Sequence record: KT895374.1
DNA: 64,000 bases
Strand: one strand, 5' to 3'
The notes under the pieces are model-generated. The model saw only the letters and a list, made by a program, of their open reading frames with translations, was not told the DNA's origin and ran no database searches. Position 1 is the first letter of the stretch. Each line of letters begins with the position of its first letter. A program made the position numbers and the translations under genes. This document shows, piece after piece, positions 8,575-17,592 of this stretch.

Positions 8575-9345
8575 ATGAAAAAAAGAAAACCCACTGAAAT
8601 AGAAAAAGAATTTATTAGGACAAATTCAAAGCTAATAAATTATAACCAAATTATATATGAACTTATTTTAGATAAAGAATTACTAGATATTGTAAACCTA
8701 CACATGCTAGATTGGGATTATATAAGTAAATATATATTAGATTATCCTGAATTATTAAAGGATAATCTAATATTCAATTATTTTAATTTTATTGAATGGG
8801 ACGTATTATTTAATTTTAATGCAAGAAAAAAGTTAGGGAATAAATTCTTTAAAGATTTCTTGAAATATGCTATAGAAAAGATAGAAGAAAATGAGAACAA
8901 TAGAAGTTGTTTTAATGCAGATTTCTTTATTTATCCAACAATTTTCTTTATTTATGACTTTAAATTAGATATGAAATCATTTCATATGGTAAGAAAAATT
9001 TGGGGTAAAGAAAAAGAATCAATGGTATGGAGTGGACTATCATCTTATCTAGACGTTAATAAACATAGAAGTATAATAAAAAAGTATAGGAATGAAATTC
9101 ACTGGGATAGAATAATATTAGATAATATAACTGTTATCGATCATAAGTTTTTTGTTAGATACAGAGAGAATATATTAAAATGCAGTCCATACATCTTAAA
9201 TGAAATTTTTATTAATTCCTCAGACAAAAATTTGATTAAGGAATTAATAACAGTTGTTGAAGAACCTGTATATAAAATAAATTCTCACATATATTTCAGA
9301 AATGACAAAGAACTTTTAGCTTTAGCTAAAATGATAGAATTGTAG
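8575..9345 (+). CDS. Hypothetical degenerate Trp-repeat protein, array B
   Basis: LDWDYIS, IEWDVLF, IHWDRII; ends KELLALAKMIEL. Confidence 0.75.
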   Translation: MKKRKPTEIEKEFIRTNSKLINYNQIIYELILDKELLDIVNLHMLDWDYISKYILDYPELLKDNLIFNYFNFIEWDVLFNFNARKKLGNKFFKDFLKYAIEKIEENENNRSCFNADFFIYPTIFFIYDFKLDMKSFHMVRKIWGKEKESMVWSGLSSYLDVNKHRSIIKKYRNEIHWDRIILDNITVIDHKFFVRYRENILKCSPYILNEIFINSSDKNLIKELITVVEEPVYKINSHIYFRNDKELLALAKMIEL

Positions 9346-9356
9346 GAGGTAAACAA

Positions 9357-10151
9357 TTGAAAGTATTAAATTTTGAAGATATAAGTTTTCTGAAAAGAAA
9401 TCCTGACTTAATAAATACAAATGAATTAGTAACTGGTAATTATAGATTAAGTAAAGAGCTATTGGATAATATTGAACTTAGTGATTATGATTGGCAATAT
9501 ATTAGTAATAATCTAATTGAATATAAGTATTTATTTGATGAGGTAAATATATTTGATTATTTCTATAATTTATATTGGGATGCAATATTTGCAAATAATG
9601 TTTTTGAAGAAAAATCTTATAAGAGATTTATAAATAAGTTAGTTGAACTCTATAAAGAAACTAAACATCAATTTCTTTATAAAGATTACATTAATATTAA
9701 GGATGTAATATCAGGAATTGTATCAAGTAAAAAAATTGATGAAGAAGATATTTCTAATTTTGAATATATTGAAAATGTAACTAAAAGTTTTATTAACTCT
9801 AGCGGTAGCCCTTATTTGTGGGAAATTATTTCTTATAATTTAGAAATAGAAAGAGATTTTAGAATTATTGAAAAATTTAAAGATAAAATTATTTGGGATA
9901 AATTATTATCTCATTCATATGAAAAAATTAATTTAAAATTTTATAGTAAATATAAAGAATATTTTGGTGGTGGTGATAAAATTTTTATAGTTTCCCAAAA
10001 TAGTAATAAAGACTTAGTATATAAAATTATAAAAGAAAATGTGAATAGTAGTGATGAGTATAAAAATTATATTATTAAATGTATTAGTAAAAATAAATCT
10101 TTATGTAATGATAAGGATATTAATACTCTTATTAAGTTATATCCTATTTAA
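9357..10151 (+). CDS. Hypothetical degenerate Trp-repeat protein, array B
   Basis: YDWQYIS, LYWDAIF, IIWDKLL; paralog of previous ORF; ends KDINTLIKLYPI. Confidence 0.75.
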   Translation: MKVLNFEDISFLKRNPDLINTNELVTGNYRLSKELLDNIELSDYDWQYISNNLIEYKYLFDEVNIFDYFYNLYWDAIFANNVFEEKSYKRFINKLVELYKETKHQFLYKDYINIKDVISGIVSSKKIDEEDISNFEYIENVTKSFINSSGSPYLWEIISYNLEIERDFRIIEKFKDKIIWDKLLSHSYEKINLKFYSKYKEYFGGGDKIFIVSQNSNKDLVYKIIKENVNSSDEYKNYIIKCISKNKSLCNDKDINTLIKLYPI

Positions 10152-10163
10152 AATATATATTAT
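10152..10163 (+). promoter_or_regulatory. Early-type promoter upstream of RNAP beta-N
   Basis: aatatatattat. Confidence 0.65.
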
Positions 10164-10278
10164 AAAAATGAATATAATTAATTTAAAAGGGGTTATTATA
10201 ATTATGTATTGAATTATCTTAAATATTTTTAAGAATAGAAAAAAATATAATAGAATGACTGAAAAGAGGGATCAATAG

Positions 10279-11796
10279 TTGATTAGTAATTTCCGTAAAT
10301 ATCACTCTGATAAAAATAAAGAAAGATTTAATGAGGAATTAATTTATAATAAAGGTAATGAAGACATTTTAAAATATTTAGATCCAATCTGTAGAACTTT
10401 AGAAATTATTCCAGAGATTAATTATAAGGGTGCTACAATTGAAAGAATTAATAAAGTATATAATTTTTCTAAAAGAGTAAAACCTGAACCACCTAAGAAA
10501 GAAAAAGATGGTAAGAGAAAAGAAAAGGAACCTAAAAGAGAAAAAGTAGAAATTGATATTGAGGAATCCGAATTTCAATTAATTAAACTTAATTTTGAAA
10601 TTGATAAAAAAGATGATGGTACAGTAACTAAGATTGAAAAGAGATTATTCTTCCCTAAGCTAATTGATTCACAGTATTTTGTTATTAATAATAATAGATA
10701 TTACCCAATCTATCAAATGTTAGATAGTGGTACATATCGAACTAATAAAGCTTTAACTTTAAAGACACTCTTAATGCCTATCGTTTTAAGGGAGAAAAAA
10801 GTTAGCTTTGATGATAGTGAAGGAAATACTTACAATCTTATGGAAGTAGATCTAGATTTATTTAAGCATAAGATTCCATTCCTGACTTATTATCTAGCTA
10901 ATTTTGGTTATCATGAAACAATTAAGTATTTTGGTTATGACGATCAAATTCATTTAATCCAAAAAGAAGATTTAGATCTAATGGAGGATAATGATAATAC
11001 TGTAACATTCATGATTACTAAAAATATTGCCTTAGTAGTTAATAAGGAACTATTAGAAGATAAGACTCATCATATTTTTGTAGGGACATTAATGAAATGC
11101 TTTAATTCAAGAATTAAATTTGAGAAAATTTTTGAATCTGATTATTGGGTAAAAAAATTGGGTGGTAACTTTACTACCAATAACAGTGATAAACAAGAAA
11201 AAGGACTAAGCATCTTATTATCATTTAGAAGAATTTTAGATGATTGGACAAAAGAAGTATTAAGAACTGAACCTGAAAATAAAGAAGATTCTTATGCCGT
11301 TATCAGATGGATGACTAAAAATTATTTAGATCTTATTAAGCAGGATAATATGAACCTTGCTAATAAGAGATTAAGGCTGTATGAATATCTACTACATCCT
11401 TTACTTTATAAGTTTAGTACTGGAACTTATCGAGTACTAAATAATAAGACTGAAAAATATAGAAAAATTTTAACTATCTTTAGTAATATTGATGAGGGAT
11501 TCTTAATCAATAAGATTGTAAATAATGCATTATTAAGATATGACAATAGTGTAAATAGCGTTAGTCTATTTCCATTAGTTCTTAAGTATACAATGAGTGG
11601 ACCACAAAGCCCATTTAATTCAAATAACGTAAATGATAGATATAGAGGTTTACATCCTTCTTATCTTGGTAGAATCAGTCTTACATCAACATCAGCAGGT
11701 GATCCAGGAGTTAGTGGTGTCTTATCACCATTCCTTAAACTACCAGAAGATGCAAATATGCATTTTACAAAAAAACCTGAAATAGAATTAGAATAA
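10279..11796 (+). CDS. rpoB: Multisubunit RNA polymerase beta subunit, N-terminal half (probably non-virion RNAP)
   Basis: INNNRYYPIYQM and RGLHPSYLGRISLTSTSAGDPGVSGVL correspond to beta INGxERVxxxQ and RDVHxSHYGRxCPIETPEGxNxGL; early promoter. Confidence 0.85.
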   Translation: MISNFRKYHSDKNKERFNEELIYNKGNEDILKYLDPICRTLEIIPEINYKGATIERINKVYNFSKRVKPEPPKKEKDGKRKEKEPKREKVEIDIEESEFQLIKLNFEIDKKDDGTVTKIEKRLFFPKLIDSQYFVINNNRYYPIYQMLDSGTYRTNKALTLKTLLMPIVLREKKVSFDDSEGNTYNLMEVDLDLFKHKIPFLTYYLANFGYHETIKYFGYDDQIHLIQKEDLDLMEDNDNTVTFMITKNIALVVNKELLEDKTHHIFVGTLMKCFNSRIKFEKIFESDYWVKKLGGNFTTNNSDKQEKGLSILLSFRRILDDWTKEVLRTEPENKEDSYAVIRWMTKNYLDLIKQDNMNLANKRLRLYEYLLHPLLYKFSTGTYRVLNNKTEKYRKILTIFSNIDEGFLINKIVNNALLRYDNSVNSVSLFPLVLKYTMSGPQSPFNSNNVNDRYRGLHPSYLGRISLTSTSAGDPGVSGVLSPFLKLPEDANMHFTKKPEIELE

Positions 11797-11797
11797 A

Positions 11798-11839
11798 ATT
11801 AAGAGGATATAATCGTATAATTGATTATATCCTCTTAAT
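11798..11839. terminator. Bidirectional terminator hairpin
   Basis: 17-bp stem attaagaggatataatc/gattatatcctcttaat between convergent genes. Confidence 0.8.
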
Positions 11840-11842
11840 AAT

Positions 11843-12535
11843 TTAATAAATGTAAATTTTTTTTCTATTAGCACTTTTACCAAAATTAGATCTCCACTTA
11901 GCTAATAATTCCTCTCTTCTATCTGAAGCATCTTGAAGGTCGTCAATAAATAACTCAATACTACCAAAAGCGGTCTGCATATTAGCAAAACGATGACGGA
12001 GATTATAAAGGACATCTTTTATATCTAATAATGCTAGTTTCAAAAATTCATCTTGTAGATTAGTTGGTATTGTTCCAAAATGTACTGGATGTACACAGTT
12101 AAAATCTACTCTTACGCCTCTAATATTATAAAGAGCAGGCATAATAGTTATAATGTTTGGATGCTCAAAATGAAATAATAAAGGGTTTTTATTATATGAA
12201 ATCATATCTGCACCCATTTGTCTAGCAAAAGGATCACCCATATCAGGACTATAGCCAGCTAATTCTCCACCAATATATGAAGTACCATCTACATAAGCTC
12301 TGTTAATATTTAATATTTCAAAATCAGTTGCAATATAAAATTTATTTAACGTTCCATTAATTTTACTATCTTGGTTAATGATAGTTGATTCTCTTAAAGG
12401 ATAGTATTTGCTAAACGTAATAAGGGTTTCTTTTTCAATACTGTCCATCATTTCCTTTGGATCAATTTCCAATTCATTAAATTTATATCCAAGTCTTTTT
12501 TCAATATGTCGTAAGATATAAGTACTAGATAACAT
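11843..12535 (-). CDS. Neck protein, T4 gp13-like
   Basis: ILRHIEKRLGYKFNELEIDPKEMMDSIEKETLITFSKYYP resembles the gp13 N-terminus (ILRRLGAP..VE....I.D.I..AL..Y..YH) as recalled. Confidence 0.6.
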   Translation of the reverse strand: MLSSTYILRHIEKRLGYKFNELEIDPKEMMDSIEKETLITFSKYYPLRESTIINQDSKINGTLNKFYIATDFEILNINRAYVDGTSYIGGELAGYSPDMGDPFARQMGADMISYNKNPLLFHFEHPNIITIMPALYNIRGVRVDFNCVHPVHFGTIPTNLQDEFLKLALLDIKDVLYNLRHRFANMQTAFGSIELFIDDLQDASDRREELLAKWRSNFGKSANRKKIYIY

Positions 12536-12592
12536 ATTTATCCTCCTTATAAATATAATTACTCTTCTAAATAAATAGAAGAGTAATTAAGA

Positions 12593-12902
12593 TTAGAGAT
12601 TTCTTAAGAACTTATTAATATCTTTTTGAATATCAGATTCAATAAAAATAATAGCCGTACCTTCATCATTTTTAACTGAAACTGATTTATTATCTTCATT
12701 TAAAGTCATTTTATTAAAGTCTAAATCTAATTCATTAGCAGTGATTTTTAAATTCTTACTTTCTTCTTTAAGATAATTTACAATAGATTGTCTCTCAACT
12801 TCTTGAATAAATCCTTCAGTAAGAACTTTTTGGTTAAAATCGTGGTCAGCTGATTCTTTAATAATATCTTGCTGATAAGCATTAGAATGTGATGGAAAAA
12901 TT
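12593..12902 (-). CDS. Prohead protease exon 3 (missing from ORF track)
   Basis: Reads (V)IFPSHSNAYQQDIIKESADHDF...KFLRNL-stop; joining GT+A restores TYDWVIFPSH. Confidence 0.88.
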
Positions 12903-13173
12903 CATTATCTTCTATTAACTTCGCTACTAGTTAATACGTTCTTTATGAACTGCTTATAGTTATCCTATAAGATGAGACTATATCTTCATTCTTATAAAAG
13001 AATGCTCTCTGTTTCCAATACGCTTGTATTGTACTCTACTCACTTAATATTAAGTTTTCGATAGTCGTTGAACCTTCCTCTTTTAGAGGATTGGATGCTG
13101 ATTGTCTAATGCTTTAGATTATTACCATTTTAGGTACTAAAGCTTCTAAAGAGTTTCCAGCAATTAAGAGAGT

Positions 13174-14118
13174 TTATACTGAGCAATTATATTTCAATAC
13201 CTCTTTAATTTTAGAAATATGATCTTCTTTATAACTAATCCTGATAAGTTTTTTATCATTCTCTTTACAAAATTTATCTTTTAGTTTATCCCTCTTTAAC
13301 TGTTTTTCAAAATTTTCTTGACCGTATGTTGGTTTAAAATGTTGAACACCATCGTATTCTATTAATAGATCATAAGAGGGTAAATAAAAATCGAATAAGA
13401 GATGATTTATATTTTTTAGACTATTAAATTTGTATTCTTCTATATATGAGATATTATTATCTTTAAAAAATTCTCTTAAATCTCTAACAGCTTTAGAGTC
13501 CTTATATAAATTTTTACAGTTAGGACAACCCTGATTATGTTTTGATAACATATCGGTTATTCTCATGGTAAAATCAAAAATAGAATCATCTATACAATTA
13601 TGAGAAAAAACCCCATAAGAATGTCCACTCTTTTGAAATACTGAATGTATAGTATATTCTTTTTCAATTAATAATTTAACAGATTCAACTGTATAGGTAT
13701 TTTTACCATAACAATCTTTACAGCCCTTTTTATTTCTATATATCATATTATCAGCTGTTGGAAACCATGTCTTATTACATTTCTTACACAATATTTCTAT
13801 TTTATCTGACATTTTAGTAAATTTTCCAACAACCTCATAATCTTCAATATTCCATTTACTGTAGAATTTTTTAAGATAATCATTATGATCTAACCTTTTA
13901 TTAGATTTCTTGTTTATAATTTTATTTTTAATAGCTAATTCTGGACATTGCCTTAAACCATCTAAATATCTTGGTTTAGTTTTCCATAAATAACCATCTT
14001 TATGCTCAAGAATAATAAAAGTATTAGCATTCTCATATGAAGATACAAGTCTATAATCAGGATATAGTTTATTAAGTCTTTTAATGAAGTTTTCTTTTCT
14101 TAAATTAAGATCATTCAT
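13174..14118 (-). CDS. Intron-encoded putative homing endonuclease (Zn-ribbon repeats + Vsr/DUF559-like PD-(D/E)xK domain)
   Basis: CKKC, CKDC, CPNC motifs, FDFYLPSYDLLIEYDGVQH; own SD gaggtg and late promoter. Confidence 0.85.
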   Translation of the reverse strand: MNDLNLRKENFIKRLNKLYPDYRLVSSYENANTFIILEHKDGYLWKTKPRYLDGLRQCPELAIKNKIINKKSNKRLDHNDYLKKFYSKWNIEDYEVVGKFTKMSDKIEILCKKCNKTWFPTADNMIYRNKKGCKDCYGKNTYTVESVKLLIEKEYTIHSVFQKSGHSYGVFSHNCIDDSIFDFTMRITDMLSKHNQGCPNCKNLYKDSKAVRDLREFFKDNNISYIEEYKFNSLKNINHLLFDFYLPSYDLLIEYDGVQHFKPTYGQENFEKQLKRDKLKDKFCKENDKKLIRISYKEDHISKIKEVLKYNCSV

Positions 14119-14145
14119 CGTATTTACACCTCGACATTTAATTAT

Positions 14146-14157
14146 TAATTAAATGTT
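14146..14157 (-). promoter_or_regulatory. Intron-internal late promoter for the endonuclease
   Basis: aaca-tttaat-ta 28 nt upstream of ATG. Confidence 0.65.
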
Positions 14158-14220
14158 AAGTAAATTACATACGATTTCTAAAGATTAAAAAGGCATATTT
14201 GATAAGATAATTATTGACTT

Positions 14221-14486
14221 ACCCAGTCATAGGTGACGATATGGAGTGGTTTTTCAATTCTAGTAACCTTACCCACATCTCTTGTAATTCCTCCAAGACC
14301 ACGCATTGAGAAAGCTACTTCTGTGCCTTGTTTAATAACTCCTGCCATGTCTCTACCACATAAAGTGTTTGCAGTAGCCACATTACCCATCAATACATTT
14401 CCTTCCCACCATACATCTTTAATCACATGTGACATTCTAGTCTGATCAATATATGTTTGTCGTTCTAAATCATTTGAAAGTGGATG
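14221..14486 (-). CDS. Prohead protease exon 2
   Basis: HPLSNDLERQ...AFSMRGLGG...TYDW; catalytic His and Ser motifs of T4 gp21-type proteases (GExxHP, SSRGLG). Confidence 0.9.
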
Positions 14487-14705
14487 CAATTATATTCATA
14501 TGAATTCGCTACTATTCATATCGCCCATATCTTAATGGACTGCTTATGATCTCTCATAAGATTAGACTATATCAAAACCCTCATCTTAAATGTTAGGGTT
14601 CTCTCTGTTTCGGTTATCAATCACTTATAACCTACTCTACTGACTTATTCTTAAATAAGCTTTCGATAGTCGTTGAACTATAAAACGTATTGAAATAATG
14701 AATTA

Positions 14706-14717
14706 AATATATATTAT
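14706..14717 (+). promoter_or_regulatory. Early-type promoter inside intron 1, antisense to it
   Basis: Exact aatatatattat, 37 nt before ATG 14754. Confidence 0.65.
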
Positions 14718-14753
14718 AAAAAAGATTTAACTAAATGGAAGGATTGAACTTAT

Positions 14754-15125
14754 ATGAAAGTTAATATTAATTACAGAGAATTAATTATTAAAGATTTCTT
14801 TCATGAAATTGATGAGAAATTTATAACCAACCCTGATATCAGACTTCATCCAAAGGCAATTGAATTCTTTAAAGAATATTTTATTATTAGATATGAGAAT
14901 GAAATTAAAGCAGGGAACGGTCATGAAGATAGAATTAGTATGAGCTATGAAGTTTATGAGAGAAATATACGAGCACTTGGTATCTTCATAAACGAGATCT
15001 ATCTTCTTATGCATGAAAAGAATAATGAAAACTACAGGTTTAAAAAATCCATCAATTTCCTCATTCAAAATCTTCGACATTTTGTTAAAAGCGGTAAGAC
15101 TCATTATTATCGCAACGAAGAATAG
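14754..15125 (+). CDS. Hypothetical protein encoded antisense within intron 1
   Basis: 123 aa, SD ggaagga, early promoter; stop abuts the P6 5' strand. Confidence 0.7.
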   Translation: MKVNINYRELIIKDFFHEIDEKFITNPDIRLHPKAIEFFKEYFIIRYENEIKAGNGHEDRISMSYEVYERNIRALGIFINEIYLLMHEKNNENYRFKKSINFLIQNLRHFVKSGKTHYYRNEE

Positions 15126-15238
15126 CTGCTGATTGTCTAATACTTTAGATTGTTACCTCTTTGGGTACTAAAGTTTCTAAAGAGTTTCCAGCAATTAAGA
15201 GAGTTTAGACACATACTTTAATATGTGAATGGCAATCT

Positions 15239-15469
15239 ACCAGCTTCGCCGAACAGTGACTTCCGTTTCAATTTCTCTTGGAATCGGGAGTCATTTACGG
15301 CTTGCATTAAAGCATCCTTTGCGTAAACACGTTTGTTTCTATTTTCAGCTTCTGCTTCTTGTAAAACTGTTTTAATTACAATATCGTCTCTTTCATGTTC
15401 CATAATATGAGGACGCATTGGTTCTGTTGCTGATTCAATAATAAAATAACCCTTAGTATTGTTATCCAT
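15239..15469 (-). CDS. Prohead protease exon 1 (spliced CDS 15469-15239 + 14486-14221 + 12902-12593, 268 aa)
   Basis: LQEAEAENRNKRVY..LFGEAG matches gp21-like N-terminus (NRNxRxY, GExxH); SD ggag. Confidence 0.9.
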
Positions 15470-15497
15470 CTCATTACTCCTTTAATAAGAATATAAA

Positions 15498-15509
15498 TAA
15501 TTTAATGTT
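15498..15509 (-). promoter_or_regulatory. Late promoter for protease/neck genes
   Basis: aaca-ttaaat-ta. Confidence 0.7.
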
Positions 15510-15537
15510 TTAGAAACTCTTTATGAATTAAAAATAA

Positions 15538-16047
15538 TTGGATGTGATTAAAATTAAATTAGATGATGGTACACTTTCACACTTAATGGAATCTTTTAAA
15601 AATAACTCTAAGAATTTTGAGGAAGAATGTATAGATTTATTAATTGATGATCCTGATGGTTCATTACTATTAAACATCTTACTAAATTTTAAATTAAGTG
15701 ATGAATTCCTAAAATTGAATGTAAAAAATTATAGACATAATCATTGGATTTATTTATCAGTTTTTCAAAAACCTAGTATAGACTTTACTGTAAAATATTT
15801 TGAAGAGATGAATCGTGGAAATGTAGTAATAGGTAATAAAAATGTAAATATCGAAATTATATATAGGATGGCTGATACTTTTAATGAATCTCAATGGGAT
15901 TTAATTAGTGAAAGACTTTATTTACCTAAAGAATTTTTAATTAAGTATGCAAATAAAATTAATTGGAATACTATATATGAAAGAAAAGACGAATTAATAG
16001 GATTTGATGAAGAAGTAGAAGTAATATATAAAATGTATAAATTATAA
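15538..16047 (+). CDS. Degenerate Trp-repeat protein, array C
   Basis: HWIYLSVFQKPS, QWDLISERLYLPKEFL, INWNTI; ends EEVEVIYKMYKL; start codon uncertain. Confidence 0.7.
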   Translation: MDVIKIKLDDGTLSHLMESFKNNSKNFEEECIDLLIDDPDGSLLLNILLNFKLSDEFLKLNVKNYRHNHWIYLSVFQKPSIDFTVKYFEEMNRGNVVIGNKNVNIEIIYRMADTFNESQWDLISERLYLPKEFLIKYANKINWNTIYERKDELIGFDEEVEVIYKMYKL

Positions 16048-16065
16048 ATAAAAGGTTGTGCCATA

Positions 16066-16791
16066 ATGACAATAGAAGAGCAGGAACTAATAAAACTTAT
16101 AAACAAGGAACTTGAAAAAGATAGACCTGATGGAAATGAAATTAACCATTTAATAGTAGATTTTGATATAGAAAATAGAATAAGACTCTCTAATAATTTT
16201 CTTAAAAATTATGAGAATTATATTGATTGGAAAGTAATACTTATAGATTTTAATTTAGATGAGGAATTTCTAGAGAGGTATGAGGACAAAATAGACTGGA
16301 ATGATGTTGCGGTTTATCAAAAATTGTCAGAGTCATTTATTGAACGTTATCACAATAGATTGAACTGGGATGTAGTATCGGTTGAACAAGATCTGTCAGA
16401 AACATTTATAGAGGAATGGGAAGGAAATATTAATTGGTATGCAATAAGCATGTATCAGGAATTATCAAGAGAATTTATTGAAAAACACCAAGATAAATTA
16501 AATTGGCATAATATATCTTTAAATCAGAAATTGAGTGAAGATGATATAGTTCAATTTAAGGATTTAATTGAATGGGAAACTATATCTCACGCTCAAGATC
16601 TATCATTAGAATTTATTGAAGAGTACAAAGATATGTTAAATTGGGATTTTTTATCTCGACATCAATATTTATCAGAGACATTTATTTTAGAAAATAGAAG
16701 TAGAATTAATTGGAAAAAATTAAGAAGTAATAGTCAAATATTTTTTACAGAAAAATTAGAGACAGTATATAAACTAGTAGTAAATCTATAA
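16066..16791 (+). CDS. Tryptophan-repeat protein (tandem 22-aa repeats), array C
   Basis: About 8 copies of [IL][DN]WxxISxxQxLSExFIExYxDx; ends EKLETVYKLVVNL. Confidence 0.85.
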   Translation: MTIEEQELIKLINKELEKDRPDGNEINHLIVDFDIENRIRLSNNFLKNYENYIDWKVILIDFNLDEEFLERYEDKIDWNDVAVYQKLSESFIERYHNRLNWDVVSVEQDLSETFIEEWEGNINWYAISMYQELSREFIEKHQDKLNWHNISLNQKLSEDDIVQFKDLIEWETISHAQDLSLEFIEEYKDMLNWDFLSRHQYLSETFILENRSRINWKKLRSNSQIFFTEKLETVYKLVVNL

Positions 16792-16820
16792 ATATCTCTT
16801 AGAAAAAAGAGGGTTGATTC

Positions 16821-17525
16821 ATGAATAATTATGAAAAAGAATTTGAAAAATCTATCAAAAATAAACGTGACAATATTAACAGTGAAATAGTAGCTTTTAG
16901 TCATTTAAATAATGTCCGTTTATCGGATAAATTTTTTAGAAAATATGGAGATCGTATTCATTGGTCCACTGTAGTCATGTATTTTCAATTAAGTGAAGAT
17001 TTTATGACTATGTATGAAGATAAAATAAGCTGGTATTTAGTTGCCTTTTGTCAAAAAAATTTATCAGAAGAATTCATAAAAAAATATAAGGATAAGTTAA
17101 ATTGGGATTCTTTATGTTTGCATCAAAAATTATCTGAAGAGATGATAGAAAATAATATTGAAAAAATTAATTGGCGCAATATATCTGAAGGTCAAATCTT
17201 ATCAGAAGAGTTCATTGAAAAATATCAAGATAAGTTGAATTGGATTAATATAAGCATTAGTCAAACTTTATCAGAAGAGTTCATAATCAGGAATCTAAAT
17301 AAATTAAATCTCGCATATATATCTGAATGCCAAACTTTATCAGAAAGATTTATTGAAAAATATCAAGACCGATTAGATTGGGCATCTATTTCTGAGCATC
17401 AAAAATTATCAGAAAATTTTGTTATCAGGTATCTTGATAAAATTTATTGGAATCAATTGTTAAAAAATCATAAAGTAGAAATTACCAGCAAAATAATAAC
17501 TTCTAAACAACTACGCAATCTATGA
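16821..17525 (+). CDS. Tryptophan-repeat protein (tandem 22-aa repeats), array C
   Basis: About 8 repeats e.g. LNWDSLCLHQKLSEEMIENNIEK. Confidence 0.85.
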   Translation: MNNYEKEFEKSIKNKRDNINSEIVAFSHLNNVRLSDKFFRKYGDRIHWSTVVMYFQLSEDFMTMYEDKISWYLVAFCQKNLSEEFIKKYKDKLNWDSLCLHQKLSEEMIENNIEKINWRNISEGQILSEEFIEKYQDKLNWINISISQTLSEEFIIRNLNKLNLAYISECQTLSERFIEKYQDRLDWASISEHQKLSENFVIRYLDKIYWNQLLKNHKVEITSKIITSKQLRNL

Positions 17526-17592
17526 GGGGAAGTGATAAATTGATTGTATAGTTGCTTAATATTATCTACATAAAATTAGGGAGGAAGAAAAA

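Larger units (their letters stand above)
12903..14220 (-). mobile_element. Group I intron 2 of prohead protease, carrying an endonuclease ORF
   Basis: P AAUUGCUGGAAA, Q AAUCAGCAUCC, R GUUCAACGACUA, S AAGAUAUAGUC in order; 5' exon ends in U able to pair with GCCU; intron ends in G; splicing restores frame. Confidence 0.92.
14487..15238 (-). mobile_element. Group I intron 1 of prohead protease, antisense ORF in L6a
   Basis: P1 UGGU|agauu-GCCA, P2 cacauau/guaugug, P/Q/R/S elements, terminal G; splicing gives FGEAG|HPL. Confidence 0.92.

Noticed and set aside
14211-14489. ORFs 14211..14489, 15218..15469, 32522..33298 and 33579..34622 as independent genes
   Set aside because: They are exons; their apparent starts or tails lie in group I intron sequence.
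14781-15104. Minus-strand 107-aa ORF in intron 1 as a sense-strand intron nuclease
   Set aside because: No SD or nuclease motif; it is the shadow of the plus-strand ORF that has promoter and RBS.
16230-17460. 66-bp periodic repeats as a CRISPR array
   Set aside because: Units are degenerate, in frame, encode 22-aa Trp repeats, and have no unique spacers or nearby cas genes.
17525-17560. SD-like gagggga followed by TTG after the second Trp-repeat gene
   Set aside because: Frame closes after three codons; at most a gene remnant.
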